NCBI GenBank assembly: GCA_963741945.1
Contig: CAVUKA010000004.1
Location: 253,500 to 317,499 of the forward strand
Reading direction: 5' to 3'
Length of the DNA stretch: 64,000 nt
DNA from: an uncultured Gemmatimonadales bacterium
GTDB taxonomy: Bacteria; Gemmatimonadota; Gemmatimonadetes; Longimicrobiales; RSA9
Below the pieces are notes generated by a model. That model was not told the DNA's origin, ran no database searches, and was given only the letters and a program-made list of their open reading frames with translations. The position numbers were made by a program, and so were the translations under genes. Below are positions 18,450-28,086 of the stretch, piece by piece. The stretch's first letter is position 1; each line of letters opens with the position of its first letter.

Positions 18450-20240
18450 TCAGCGCGCCGCCACGGGGGACCCGATGGCGCCGAGAAGCGCCTCGAAGAG
18501 CTGTTCCTGACTGTAGCTCCCCTTCTCCAGGACGGCGTGGACGGTGCCGCCGAACCGAGCCTCCTCCTCCCGCGTCAGCTCCTTGGCGGTCAGCACCACC
18601 ACGGGGATCCGCGCGCCGGTCCCCCTGGCCCGGAGCGCCTCGAGGAAGTCGAAGCCGTCCATCCTCGGCATCATGATATCCAGCAGGACCAGAGCGGGTC
18701 TGGCGGATTCCAGCAGATCCAGCGCGTCCTCTCCGTTCTCCGCCTCGATGACGGCCCATTCCCGGCGCTCGAGGAGCTTTCGCAGCATCCCGCGCGTCGG
18801 CTCGTCGTTGTCCACGACCAGCACGGGACGGTCCGGCGCGGGTGTCGCCCCGGGAACGGAGCGTGCCGCCGGCGCGGCCGGCTCTGCTTCCGCCCGCTCC
18901 GCTCGCTCGCCGCTGGAGGCGGGCAGGCGGAGGGTCGCCGTGGTGCCGACTCCGGGCTCGCTCTCCATGGTGATGTCGCCACCGAGCATGGTGGCGTACC
19001 GGGCACTGATGGCAAGCCCCAGTCCCGTTCCGCCGTACTTGCGGGTGGTGGAGGCATCGGCCTGCGTGAACGGCTGAAAGATCCTGGCCCGCTGCTCCTC
19101 GTTCATCCCGATTCCCGTGTCGGCCACCCGGAAGACCACCTGGTCGCCGGAGGAGGTCGCCTCCCGCCGCACCGTGAGTCGGACCTCGCCGTTCTCGGTG
19201 AACTTGCACGCGTTGCTCAGCAAGTTGAGCAGCATCTGGCGGATCTTGACCATGTCCGACCGCATCATCCCCAGCCCCGCCGCTTCGATCTCGAGCCGGT
19301 TGCCGTTCTTCTCCGCAGCGCTGCCGAGCGTTCCGGCCACGCTCTCCACCATGGACGGCACGTCGAACTCCTCGATGTAGAGCTCGACCTTGCCCGCCTC
19401 GATCTTCGACAGGTCGAGCACCTCGTTGATCAGCACGAGCAGGTGCTCGCCCGCTCCCTTGATCTTGTCCAGGTCCGGGATGAGCTGCGGGTTGCCGCCG
19501 AACTGCGCGTCCTCGATCAGGATCTCGCTCATCCCGATGATGGCGTTCAGCGGTGTGCGCAGCTCGTGGCTCATGTTGGCCAGAAACACGCTCTTCGACC
19601 GGTTCGCCTCCTCCGCCGCTTCCTTCGCCCGGGCCAGCTCCGCCCGCTGCTTCTCGATCTCGCGTGCGTGCTGCTCCAGCTGCTTCCCTCCCTGCACCGC
19701 CCGCTTGCTCTGGATGTGCGAGTGGTAGCTGAACACCGACCCGTAGGCGAAAATGCCGAGGATGCTCGCCACCGTGGGCACCACACCGGCGACGAAGCTC
19801 GTCTGGAAGCCCGTGATCAGGCCGACGGACAGCGCGCCCAGCACGCTCGCCAGGAGCCCGCGCGCGGCGTGGCGGATGCCGCCCACGCTGAGATTCCCGA
19901 GCTGGATGGCGGACACGAGCATCACGCTCGGCCAGAGGCTGAAGTACATCCCCGCGGCCGCGGCGCCCATGAAGAAGGAGTCCACGGTCAGGTTGCGCAG
20001 CTCCGCCGCCTTGGAGTTGCGGCTGTTGCGCGCCACCGCGTAGTAGAGGTGGGGGAGGATCAGGCCACCGAACACGAGCAGCGCTGCGATCCCCGGCGTG
20101 CTCCTCCCCGCGCCGAGGAACACGGAATACATGACCGCGGCGCCGACGGGGAACGTGAAAAGCCGGACGACATAGTCCAGCCGGACGATGGGGTGGACCG
20201 CAGACGCGATGGCGTCTCGGTCGGCTCGGACGGTTTGCAT
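18450..20240 (-). CDS. Hybrid sensor histidine kinase: MASE2-like membrane domain + HisKA + HATPase + receiver
   Basis: PHL...ARNS...AELRNL.VDS (MASE2-like), [10 protein letters not shown]-box, [22 protein letters not shown]-terminal LLDIMMP. Confidence 0.92.
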   Translation of the reverse strand: MQTVRADRDAIASAVHPIVRLDYVVRLFTFPVGAAVMYSVFLGAGRSTPGIAALLVFGGLILPHLYYAVARNSRNSKAAELRNLTVDSFFMGAAAAGMYFSLWPSVMLVSAIQLGNLSVGGIRHAARGLLASVLGALSVGLITGFQTSFVAGVVPTVASILGIFAYGSVFSYHSHIQSKRAVQGGKQLEQHAREIEKQRAELARAKEAAEEANRSKSVFLANMSHELRTPLNAIIGMSEILIEDAQFGGNPQLIPDLDKIKGAGEHLLVLINEVLDLSKIEAGKVELYIEEFDVPSMVESVAGTLGSAAEKNGNRLEIEAAGLGMMRSDMVKIRQMLLNLLSNACKFTENGEVRLTVRREATSSGDQVVFRVADTGIGMNEEQRARIFQPFTQADASTTRKYGGTGLGLAISARYATMLGGDITMESEPGVGTTATLRLPASSGERAERAEAEPAAPAARSVPGATPAPDRPVLVVDNDEPTRGMLRKLLERREWAVIEAENGEDALDLLESARPALVLLDIMMPRMDGFDFLEALRARGTGARIPVVVLTAKELTREEEARFGGTVHAVLEKGSYSQEQLFEALLGAIGSPVAAR

Positions 20241-20348
20241 TGGCTGCTTCGGGTAGGGGGGCCGAAGGGACTACAATGTGCAGCGCGCCCGTGGGGAAGT
20301 CCATAGTCCCGCCACCGCCTGGCCTCCGGCGGCGGCCAAAAGCACCGC

Positions 20349-21167
20349 CTAGAACCCGCCCACCGCGAAGTAGTAGGCCAGGATCGCCCCACCGAACAGG
20401 ATCCGGTACCAGGCGAAGCCACGGAAGTCGTGCTTCCCGACGTAGGCGAGAAGCCAGCGGACCACCAGCAGCCCCGAGATGAACGAGACGATGAAGCCGA
20501 CCGCGAAGATCCCCCCGTCTCCCGGCTGCAGACCGGCTCGTCCCTTGTAGAGGTCGTAGAGGGTCGCCGCGAACATGACGGGGATGGCGAGGAAGAAGGA
20601 GAACTCCGTCGCCGCCACGCGCGAGCAGCGCAGCGCCATCGCGCCCATGATGGTGGCGCCGGAGCGGGACACGCCGGGGAACAGCGCGAGCACCTGGGCG
20701 ACTCCGATCCCCAGCGCCGTCCACGGCCGGATCTCCGTAACGTCCTCCGTCACCGGCTCGGGTCGATACCGCTCCACCAGCAGGATCCCGATCCCCCCCA
20801 CGATCAGTGCACCGGCCACGGTCAGGGGGCTGAACAGGTATTCCAGGATGTAGTCGTGGATGGCGAGTCCCACGACCGCGGCCGGCAGAAAAGCGAGAAG
20901 GAGGTTCCAGAGGAAGACCCTGTCCTTCCGGTTCCGCACCCAGTGCAGCGCCACGTCCACCAGAGTGCGGCGGTAGAACCAGACCACCGCCAGGATCGCC
21001 CCGAGCTGGATGAAGATGGCGAACGTCTTGGCACGCTCGTCCTCCCACCGCAGCAGGTGCTCCGCCAGGATCAGGTGCCCCGTGGATGAGACCGGCACGA
21101 ACTCCGTGGCCCCTTCCACCAGCCCCAGTATCACAGACTTCACGTACAGAATCGGGTCCATGCTCAC
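20349..21167 (-). CDS. uppP: Undecaprenyl-diphosphate phosphatase
   Basis: EGATEFVPVSSTGH and PGVSRSGAT motifs. Confidence 0.95.
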   Translation of the reverse strand: MSMDPILYVKSVILGLVEGATEFVPVSSTGHLILAEHLLRWEDERAKTFAIFIQLGAILAVVWFYRRTLVDVALHWVRNRKDRVFLWNLLLAFLPAAVVGLAIHDYILEYLFSPLTVAGALIVGGIGILLVERYRPEPVTEDVTEIRPWTALGIGVAQVLALFPGVSRSGATIMGAMALRCSRVAATEFSFFLAIPVMFAATLYDLYKGRAGLQPGDGGIFAVGFIVSFISGLLVVRWLLAYVGKHDFRGFAWYRILFGGAILAYYFAVGGF

Positions 21168-21346
21168 TCCGGTTCAGCTCCGCGGCCGGCAATCTCGCCC
21201 GCCGCCGCCCCGTCCACCAGTCGAAGCTCGGCGCCCGGCCGAGCGCCCGTCCACGCGCAAGCCGGATGCCGCTGCGCGCGGCCGGAACCTTTCACCGGTA
21301 CATTGGTCCTATCCGGTAGAGAACAACTGCGGTTCAAACGGCGGCG

Positions 21347-21928
21347 ATGATGCACGAAGAAGGATACGAAGCGGGACGGTCGTTCGACGAGTTCCTGGAA
21401 GCGGTGAAGGTGAACCGGGGGCTGTGGGACGCGGTGGCGAAGCGAGCGAGGGTAGCCCCGGCGGAAGTGGAGCGGTGCTCGGCGATTCCCGGGACGTGGA
21501 AGCTGCTGGCACTGGCGGACGACTGGTGCGGGGATGCGGTGAACATCGTCCCTGTGGTGGCGCGCCTGGCGGAGGCGGCTCCGAACCTGGAGCTGCGGAT
21601 CGTGGGGCGGGAGGAGATACCGGGCCTGATGGACCGGCACCAGACGAACGGCAGTCGCTCGATCCCGGTGGTGGTGCTCCTGGACGAGGCCGGGCAGCCC
21701 CGGGGGTGGTGGGGTCCGCGGCCCAGCGCGCTGCAGGCGTGGTTCGAGGCGGAGGGGCGGCATCTCGCGAAGGAGGAGCGCTACCGTGAGCTGCGGCGCT
21801 GGTACGCGCGCGATCGCGGGGCTGCGATCGCGCGCGAGGTGGTGGACCTCGTCTGGTGCGGCGCGAAGGAGGGGCCGACCGGGTACGAGGGGACGCGTCC
21901 CTGCCCGGAGCTGGTGGCGGCGACCTGA
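21347..21928 (+). CDS. Thioredoxin-fold protein with single-Cys WCGD motif
   Basis: DWCGDA, NGSRSIP and WGPRP motifs. Confidence 0.85.
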   Translation: MMHEEGYEAGRSFDEFLEAVKVNRGLWDAVAKRARVAPAEVERCSAIPGTWKLLALADDWCGDAVNIVPVVARLAEAAPNLELRIVGREEIPGLMDRHQTNGSRSIPVVVLLDEAGQPRGWWGPRPSALQAWFEAEGRHLAKEERYRELRRWYARDRGAAIAREVVDLVWCGAKEGPTGYEGTRPCPELVAAT

Positions 21929-21970
21929 CCGCCCTACGCGCCGCGGGGCGACGCCCGGGCGGCAGCGCTC

Positions 21971-23725
21971 CTACGGTGTCGGCCGGCTGGCGGGCTCCGT
22001 GAGGACGTAGAAGTTCGGGTCCACGCGGAACGCTTCGGACGACGGCAGGCTGACCGTGGTCTCTCGCCACGCCCCGCTCGCCGGGACGATCCAGGCAAAG
22101 CGATCGGGTGTCACGGTCACGCGGATCGGCATTGCGAAGCCATCCACGTCCGCCTTCCACCGGTAGCGCAGGGTCTGGCCGTCGAGCACGTATTCGAGCG
22201 TGGGCGGTTGCGTGTGGCGCAGGTACTGGTCGAACACGGGCCCGAGGTCGATGCCGGAATGGGCCGTCATGTAGTGTTCGACCTGCTCCGAAGTGACGGT
22301 CTGGTGCCCGAGCTCGCGCTGCAGTCCGGTCAGGATCCGGCGCCAGAGGACGTCGTCGTCCACCAGCTGCCGGATGGTGTGCAGCATGTTGCCACCCTTG
22401 TAGTACATGTCACCGGATCCCTCGGCGTTGACGCCGTACGGCCCGATGATGGGTCGATCGTTGCGGATCCGGGCGCGCGTGCCGATGACGTACTGCGCGC
22501 CCGCCTGCTTCCCGTACAGGCACTCGGTGTAGAGGCTCTCGGCGTAGTTGGCGAAGGATTCGTGGATCCACATGTCCGCGATGTCCCTGCTGGTGATGCT
22601 GTTCCCCCACCACTCGTGGGCGCTCTCGTGGACGATGATGAAGTCCCAGAGGAGGCCCCACCCCGTGCCGGAGAGGTCGCGGCCCAGGTAGCCGTTCTGG
22701 AACTGGTTCCCGTACGCCACGGCGCTCTGGTGCTCCATCCCGAGGTGAGGCGCCTCCACGAGCTTGTAGCTGTCTTCGTAGAACGGGTATGGGCCGAACC
22801 AGTGCTCGAAGCAGCGGAGCATCGGCTTCACCTGCACGAACTGCATCCTGGCCTGCGGCAGGTGCGGCGCCAGCACCCAGTAATCCAGGTCCAGCGTCCC
22901 TTTCTCCCCCGCGAACGTGTCGCCGAAGTGGACATAGTCGCCGGCGTTCACCGCCACGTCGTAGTTGTTGATCGGGTTGTCCACGAACCAGGTGTACGAC
23001 GTGGTGCCGTCCGCGTGCTTCTCGGTCCCGCGCAGCCGGCCGTTCGAAACATCGACCATGCGGGACGGAACGGTGATCCGGATCCGCATGCTGTCCGGCT
23101 CGTCCGACTGATGGTCCTTGTTGGGCCACCAGATGCTCGCACCCACGCCCTGATTGGCCGTGGCCACCCACGGCTCCCCGTTCGGGTCCGTACGCCAGAT
23201 GAAGCCGCCATCCCAGGGCGGGTTTTCCGCAACGCGCGGGCGGCCGTGGTAATAGACCGCAACGCGCCCGGTGCTGCCCACGGCGGGGGTGCCGGGGATC
23301 GTCACGAAGAAGGCGTTCCCATCCCGCCGGTAGGTCAGGCGACGCCCCGCCTGCACCATGCTGTCGACCACCAGCGGCGTCATCAGGTCGATCTGCATCT
23401 CCCTGGGCGGTGCCGTGACCGTATACGTGATGGTGTTCGAGCCGGCAATGGTGGAGTCGGCCGGACTCACGCGCACATCGAGGTCGTAGAACCGAACGTC
23501 CCACCACCCCCGCTCGGGCGTGATGCTGCCCCGGAGCGTGTCGGCGTGGGTGGAGGATGGCCGTTGCGCCGCCAGCGGAGCCGCCACGGCCGCGGCGAGG
23601 AGGGCGAAGGCGAGGGCGGGGCGGACTGCGCGCCGCGCCGGGCGCCCGGTCGTAGTGGTGTCCGAAGTCGTCAGGTCCGCGCGTGCGGCGGCGGGAAAGG
23701 CTCGCATCGTGAAGCCGATCTCCAT
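21971..23725 (-). CDS. M1 family metalloaminopeptidase, secreted (start uncertain)
   Basis: GMEHQ, HESAHEWWGN...WIHE, YYKGG; signal peptide. Confidence 0.9.
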   Translation of the reverse strand: MEIGFTMRAFPAAARADLTTSDTTTTGRPARRAVRPALAFALLAAAVAAPLAAQRPSSTHADTLRGSITPERGWWDVRFYDLDVRVSPADSTIAGSNTITYTVTAPPREMQIDLMTPLVVDSMVQAGRRLTYRRDGNAFFVTIPGTPAVGSTGRVAVYYHGRPRVAENPPWDGGFIWRTDPNGEPWVATANQGVGASIWWPNKDHQSDEPDSMRIRITVPSRMVDVSNGRLRGTEKHADGTTSYTWFVDNPINNYDVAVNAGDYVHFGDTFAGEKGTLDLDYWVLAPHLPQARMQFVQVKPMLRCFEHWFGPYPFYEDSYKLVEAPHLGMEHQSAVAYGNQFQNGYLGRDLSGTGWGLLWDFIIVHESAHEWWGNSITSRDIADMWIHESFANYAESLYTECLYGKQAGAQYVIGTRARIRNDRPIIGPYGVNAEGSGDMYYKGGNMLHTIRQLVDDDVLWRRILTGLQRELGHQTVTSEQVEHYMTAHSGIDLGPVFDQYLRHTQPPTLEYVLDGQTLRYRWKADVDGFAMPIRVTVTPDRFAWIVPASGAWRETTVSLPSSEAFRVDPNFYVLTEPASRPTP

Positions 23726-23730
23726 CTCAG

Positions 23731-26082
23731 TCAGTTCATCGGCCGCCCGCCCGCGGGCAGCCGCTCGAGCAGGAAGCGGGTCAGCAGCGAGTACACGTGG
23801 AGGGTGGTTCCCGGTCCCTCACAGATGCAGTGGCTGCGGTTGGGATAGGACATGTACCGGAACGGTTTGCCGAGCTCGATGAGGCGATTGACCAGTCGCT
23901 CGCTGCCCTGGGCGTGGACGTTGTCGTCGCCGGTGCCGTGGACCAGCAGGAGATCGCCCCGAAGCCCTTCCGCGAAATTGATCGGTGAGCCCACGCGGTA
24001 GCCTTCCGCGTTGTCCTGCGGCAATCCCATGTAGCGCTCCTGGTAAACGGTATCGTAGAGCCGCTGGTCGGGCACGGGGGCCACGGCCATCCCGACACTG
24101 TACACTTCCGGGTAGCGGAACAGGGCGTTGAGGGTGGCCGACCCGCCGCCACTCCACCCCCACACGCCGACTCGCGTGGAATCCAGGTAGGGGCGACTCC
24201 GGGTCAGCGCGCGCACCGCCTCCGCCTGCTCACGGCTCGACAGCACGCCGATCCGTCCGTACACCACTTTGCGCCACGCACTCCCTTTCGGCGCCGGGGT
24301 TCCGCGGTTGTCGACGCTGGCCACGACATAGCCCTGGTCCGCCAGCAGGCGGTGCCACATTCCGCGCCCCCCCTGCCAGCCGTCGCGCACCGTCTGCGCC
24401 GCCGGCTCCGTGTAGACGTGCATCAGGAGTGGATACGTCCTGGACGGGTCGAAGTCTCCGGGGAAGATCATCCACCCGTCCAGCGCGACGCCGTCCCCTA
24501 TGTCGACCTGGAAGAACTCCTCCCGACGCTCCAGCGCCGGGGCCGCCGCGGCCCGCACCCGGTCGTTGCTCACCAGTGTCCGCACGAGGGAGTGGTCCGG
24601 GAGGCTCACGAGATCCGTGGTGGGAGGGGCGCCGAAGCTGGAGCGCGTGTGCAGCGCCCACCGCCCGCCGGGTGCTTCCTGGTAGCTGTGGGTTCCCGGC
24701 TGGTCGGCGGGCGTCAGCCGTCGCGCCGTGCCGCCGGACAGGGGAACGCGGAAGAGGTAGGCCCGGGTCGCGTCGGAGGGGGAGGCCATGACGTCGATCC
24801 ACCCGGCTTCGGGGTCCACGGCCACCACGGACATGACGTCCCACTCGCCCGGCGTCAGCAGCGTCTCTGTTCCGCGGCGGTCCACCACGTAGAGGTGGCG
24901 CCAGCCGTCCCGCTCGCTCACCCACAGCATTCGGCGGCCGTCCTCGAGCCAGCGCCAGTCGTCGACCACGTCCAGCCACGCGCTGTCCCGCTCGGTGAAC
25001 AGGTCGCGCACCGCGCCCGTGCCGGCGCTGGCGAGCAGGACGCGGTCGGTGTTCTGGAGCCGGTTCATTCGCTGCAGCACCAGCTCATCGGGCCCCACCC
25101 ACTCCATGCGCGGCAGGTAGTCATCGCGGGAGTCGCCGGGAAGGTCGAGCCAGACCGTCGCGCCGCCGCCCGCGGGGACGACACCTGCGCGCACGGCCGA
25201 GTTCGTGGTGCCGGCCTTGGGGTACTGGACCGGGATGGTGAACGAGTACAGGGAATCGGTGTCGTTGATGAGCAGGTAGCTGCGCACACCGCTCATGTCG
25301 AACTGCCAGTATGCGATGCGGCTCCCATCGGGCGACCAGCGGAAGGCGTCGCGCAGCCCGAACTCTTCCTCGTAGACCCAGTCGGTGGTGCCGTTCACCA
25401 GCGTGGACGAGCCGGTGCGGGTGAGACGAACCGGGGCGACGGGTGTCCCGTCGGCGCGCAGCGACTGCACGTAGAGATCCCCTTCCCGCACATAGCCGAC
25501 CCGGTCGCCGTCGGGCGAGAACTTGGCGAACATGAGCGTGGCTGGCGCGGCCTCCGTGCCGCCGAGCCTGGACAGGGTCCCGGCGTCGAGGTCCAGGACC
25601 CAGTAGTCGCCCCGCGTGTTGTCACGCCAGACGCGTCGGGAGTTGGTGAAGACGAGCAGGCGCCGACCATCGGTGGACCAGTGATAGTCCTCGATGGCCA
25701 GCGGGCGCGCGCCTGGGGCCGGCGTGAGCTGCGCGGCGCCGATGTAGACATCACGGGCGCCCGTGGCCGCGTCGTAGCGGACTATGTCGGATCCCGTGCC
25801 GTCGGCGGACGGCTCCACGGTGGTGTAGCTGCTCCCATTGAGCCAGCGGGCGGGGCCGAACCGATCCGGTACATAGGTTCGCGAGGCGAAGATCCGCTCG
25901 AGCTCCGCGGTGACGACGGGATCCAGGCCTGATGCGCGCGGCTCGTCCGCCGCCGCGACACCGGCCGGCTCCTTCGGCGCGGATCGACCGACCTGGGCCA
26001 TGAGCGGCGTGGCCGTCGCGGCCATGCAGACGGCGGCGGATGCGAATGCGGCGGCGAGCGCCGCCGTGTGGAAGCGTCGCAT
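23731..26082 (-). CDS. S9 family dipeptidyl peptidase IV
   Basis: DWVYEEEF, YPKAG, GWSGGG, HGTGDDNVH; signal peptide. Confidence 0.93.
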   Translation of the reverse strand: MRRFHTAALAAAFASAAVCMAATATPLMAQVGRSAPKEPAGVAAADEPRASGLDPVVTAELERIFASRTYVPDRFGPARWLNGSSYTTVEPSADGTGSDIVRYDAATGARDVYIGAAQLTPAPGARPLAIEDYHWSTDGRRLLVFTNSRRVWRDNTRGDYWVLDLDAGTLSRLGGTEAAPATLMFAKFSPDGDRVGYVREGDLYVQSLRADGTPVAPVRLTRTGSSTLVNGTTDWVYEEEFGLRDAFRWSPDGSRIAYWQFDMSGVRSYLLINDTDSLYSFTIPVQYPKAGTTNSAVRAGVVPAGGGATVWLDLPGDSRDDYLPRMEWVGPDELVLQRMNRLQNTDRVLLASAGTGAVRDLFTERDSAWLDVVDDWRWLEDGRRMLWVSERDGWRHLYVVDRRGTETLLTPGEWDVMSVVAVDPEAGWIDVMASPSDATRAYLFRVPLSGGTARRLTPADQPGTHSYQEAPGGRWALHTRSSFGAPPTTDLVSLPDHSLVRTLVSNDRVRAAAAPALERREEFFQVDIGDGVALDGWMIFPGDFDPSRTYPLLMHVYTEPAAQTVRDGWQGGRGMWHRLLADQGYVVASVDNRGTPAPKGSAWRKVVYGRIGVLSSREQAEAVRALTRSRPYLDSTRVGVWGWSGGGSATLNALFRYPEVYSVGMAVAPVPDQRLYDTVYQERYMGLPQDNAEGYRVGSPINFAEGLRGDLLLVHGTGDDNVHAQGSERLVNRLIELGKPFRYMSYPNRSHCICEGPGTTLHVYSLLTRFLLERLPAGGRPMN

Positions 26083-26214
26083 GGTTGTTCTCCGGCATCG
26101 GCTCGGGGCGGGGCTTCGGGGACACTCACAGGTATCACCCCCCGCCGCACATCGCCAGGCTCCGACGTTTGCCCGGGAGGCACCGGGCACCGCAAACGGC
26201 GTGGCCGTCGCGCC

Positions 26215-27090
26215 CTATGGATTCCAGAGGAGCGCGAGCCCGAGCTGGCGGGTGGTCCGGCCGTTGAACTGCCCCAGGGGCGACGGCCCGGCGATCAGCT
26301 CCAGGGCAACGCGCAGCGGCCTGCGGTTCACGGCGGGGAGCCACAGTCCCGCCTGGACGGCCACGCGGGGCTCCCAGTCGGCGCCCTCCTCCATCTGCAG
26401 ATCCGCGGCGGCGAACGGGCCCCAGATGCGGCGGTGGGAGGGATCGAGCTCCACGCCGCCGTGCGCTCCCCAGAGCCCGCGCTCCTCGGGGTGGGAGTTC
26501 ACGGAGCGGAAGGCGCCGGCGTACGCCGACAGCGCCGGCCAGAGCCGGGCCAGGGCGGTCAGGTCCAGCGCGTCGCGTGAGAAATTGACGCCGTCCTCGT
26601 CGTAGCGGCGGCCATACTCGTCGCCGAGATGGCTGCTGGTGTGGTAGTATCGGAGCCGCACCCAGCCAGGGCCGTGGTGCCACACCACGGGCACGGAGAA
26701 CACCCAGTCCGTGTTCACGAGCTCGCGCTCCACCACCTGAAAGGAGAACCGCGCGAACGCACCGGCTTCCATACCCATGACCAGGGCGTCCGCCTGGCTC
26801 GAGCCCGACAGAAGGAGCACGGGAAGCGTGGCTCCCACGGCCACCTCGCCCGCCATTCCAGGGCCATAGCGAGTCGGGTTCGGGTCGGCATGGACCAGGG
26901 CCCCCTTGGCGACGGGGTCCCGCGGCGCGGCGATGAGGAAGGGAAAGAGGCCCCGGTCGGGAAAGAGCCAGGCCGGCGCGCGCCAGCCTGCGGCCCCGGG
27001 TTCGCTGGCATCCGCGCGGCTGTCGGCCTGGGCCACCGCCGCGACGGGCGCGAGCATCGCGGCCACGAACAAGAGAATCCTCGACCCCAC
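26215..27090 (-). CDS. DUF1207-like outer-membrane protein
   Basis: Signal peptide; HTSSHLGDEY motif; alternating beta strands. Confidence 0.7.
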   Translation of the reverse strand: MGSRILLFVAAMLAPVAAVAQADSRADASEPGAAGWRAPAWLFPDRGLFPFLIAAPRDPVAKGALVHADPNPTRYGPGMAGEVAVGATLPVLLLSGSSQADALVMGMEAGAFARFSFQVVERELVNTDWVFSVPVVWHHGPGWVRLRYYHTSSHLGDEYGRRYDEDGVNFSRDALDLTALARLWPALSAYAGAFRSVNSHPEERGLWGAHGGVELDPSHRRIWGPFAAADLQMEEGADWEPRVAVQAGLWLPAVNRRPLRVALELIAGPSPLGQFNGRTTRQLGLALLWNP

Positions 27091-27113
27091 CGCCCCTCCT
27101 CCGGCTTTCCGTG

Positions 27114-28073
27114 CTACGGCTCGACGGCCTCGGCGGCCGAATCCTCGAGGGCCAGCAGACTGGTCGGATCGACCGTGATCCGACCGTAACGCACGATCCA
27201 GTGCAGGTGCGGCCCGGTGACCCGCCCGGTGACGCCGACGCGTCCGAGGACCTGGCCCGCGTCGACGGTGTCGCCCACGGCGGCGAGCTGCTCGCTCAGA
27301 TGCAGGTAGGCGGTGACGAGACCGTCACCGTGGTCGATGTAGATCACCTTCCCGCCGAGATGGAAGTGATCGACGAGCGCCACCACGCCACGGGCGGCGG
27401 CGCGCACGGGCGCCCCTACCGCCCCGGCGAAGTCAGTGCCCATGTGGCGGCTCGTGACCTGTCCGTTGAAGGTTCGCCCGTCACCGAAGCCGCTCGTGAC
27501 GCGTGAAGCGCGGGGAGGTGCCACGGGCGCGCGCCACAGGCGAGGCGTGTCGTGGGAGCGCTCGGACACGGCATGGGCGCGTGCCGCCTCGTTCCGCATG
27601 CGGGCCTGCAGCGCCGAATCGGGGGGCTGGCCGAAGCGCGGGGCGACGCTCAGCGCTTCCATCCGGTAGCGGCCGGCACGGACCGAAACGAGAAGCGGGA
27701 GAGAATCGACCGCGTCATCGTTCCACCGCGCGACGAGCGGCATCGGCATGAGCCCGGCGCTGTCGATGGGAGACGCCGCCAGGGCGACGAACTCGCCGGC
27801 CCCGACCGGGTGGAAGTGGAGCGGTTCGCCGGCGAACCAGCCGGAGAGCTCCACGAGCTGCTCCGCGCGCTCTGCGTTGACGATCACGCGGAAGAGCCGA
27901 CCCTGAACGGGAGCTTCCGGCTCGAAGCGAGCATCAATGCACGGCACCTGCGCGGCGGCCGGGAACGGCCCGGCGGCCAGTGCCACGGGGAGGAGCGCGA
28001 GAACTGCGAGCGGCAGGCCCCGCCAGGTGGCGGGGCGGGCTCCTTCCGGAGTCGATGGTCGACGGTGCGGCAC
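27114..28073 (-). CDS. M23 family metallopeptidase
   Basis: HMGTD, IDHG...YLHL and TGPHLH motifs. Confidence 0.92.
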   Translation of the reverse strand: MPHRRPSTPEGARPATWRGLPLAVLALLPVALAAGPFPAAAQVPCIDARFEPEAPVQGRLFRVIVNAERAEQLVELSGWFAGEPLHFHPVGAGEFVALAASPIDSAGLMPMPLVARWNDDAVDSLPLLVSVRAGRYRMEALSVAPRFGQPPDSALQARMRNEAARAHAVSERSHDTPRLWRAPVAPPRASRVTSGFGDGRTFNGQVTSRHMGTDFAGAVGAPVRAAARGVVALVDHFHLGGKVIYIDHGDGLVTAYLHLSEQLAAVGDTVDAGQVLGRVGVTGRVTGPHLHWIVRYGRITVDPTSLLALEDSAAEAVEP

Positions 28074-28086
28074 GGCTCCTCCGACG

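Noticed and set aside
17620-21192. 1190-aa minus-strand ORF
   Set aside because: GC-rich shadow frame over uppP, the kinase and the regulator; only its last 141 codons (RsbW-like) look real.
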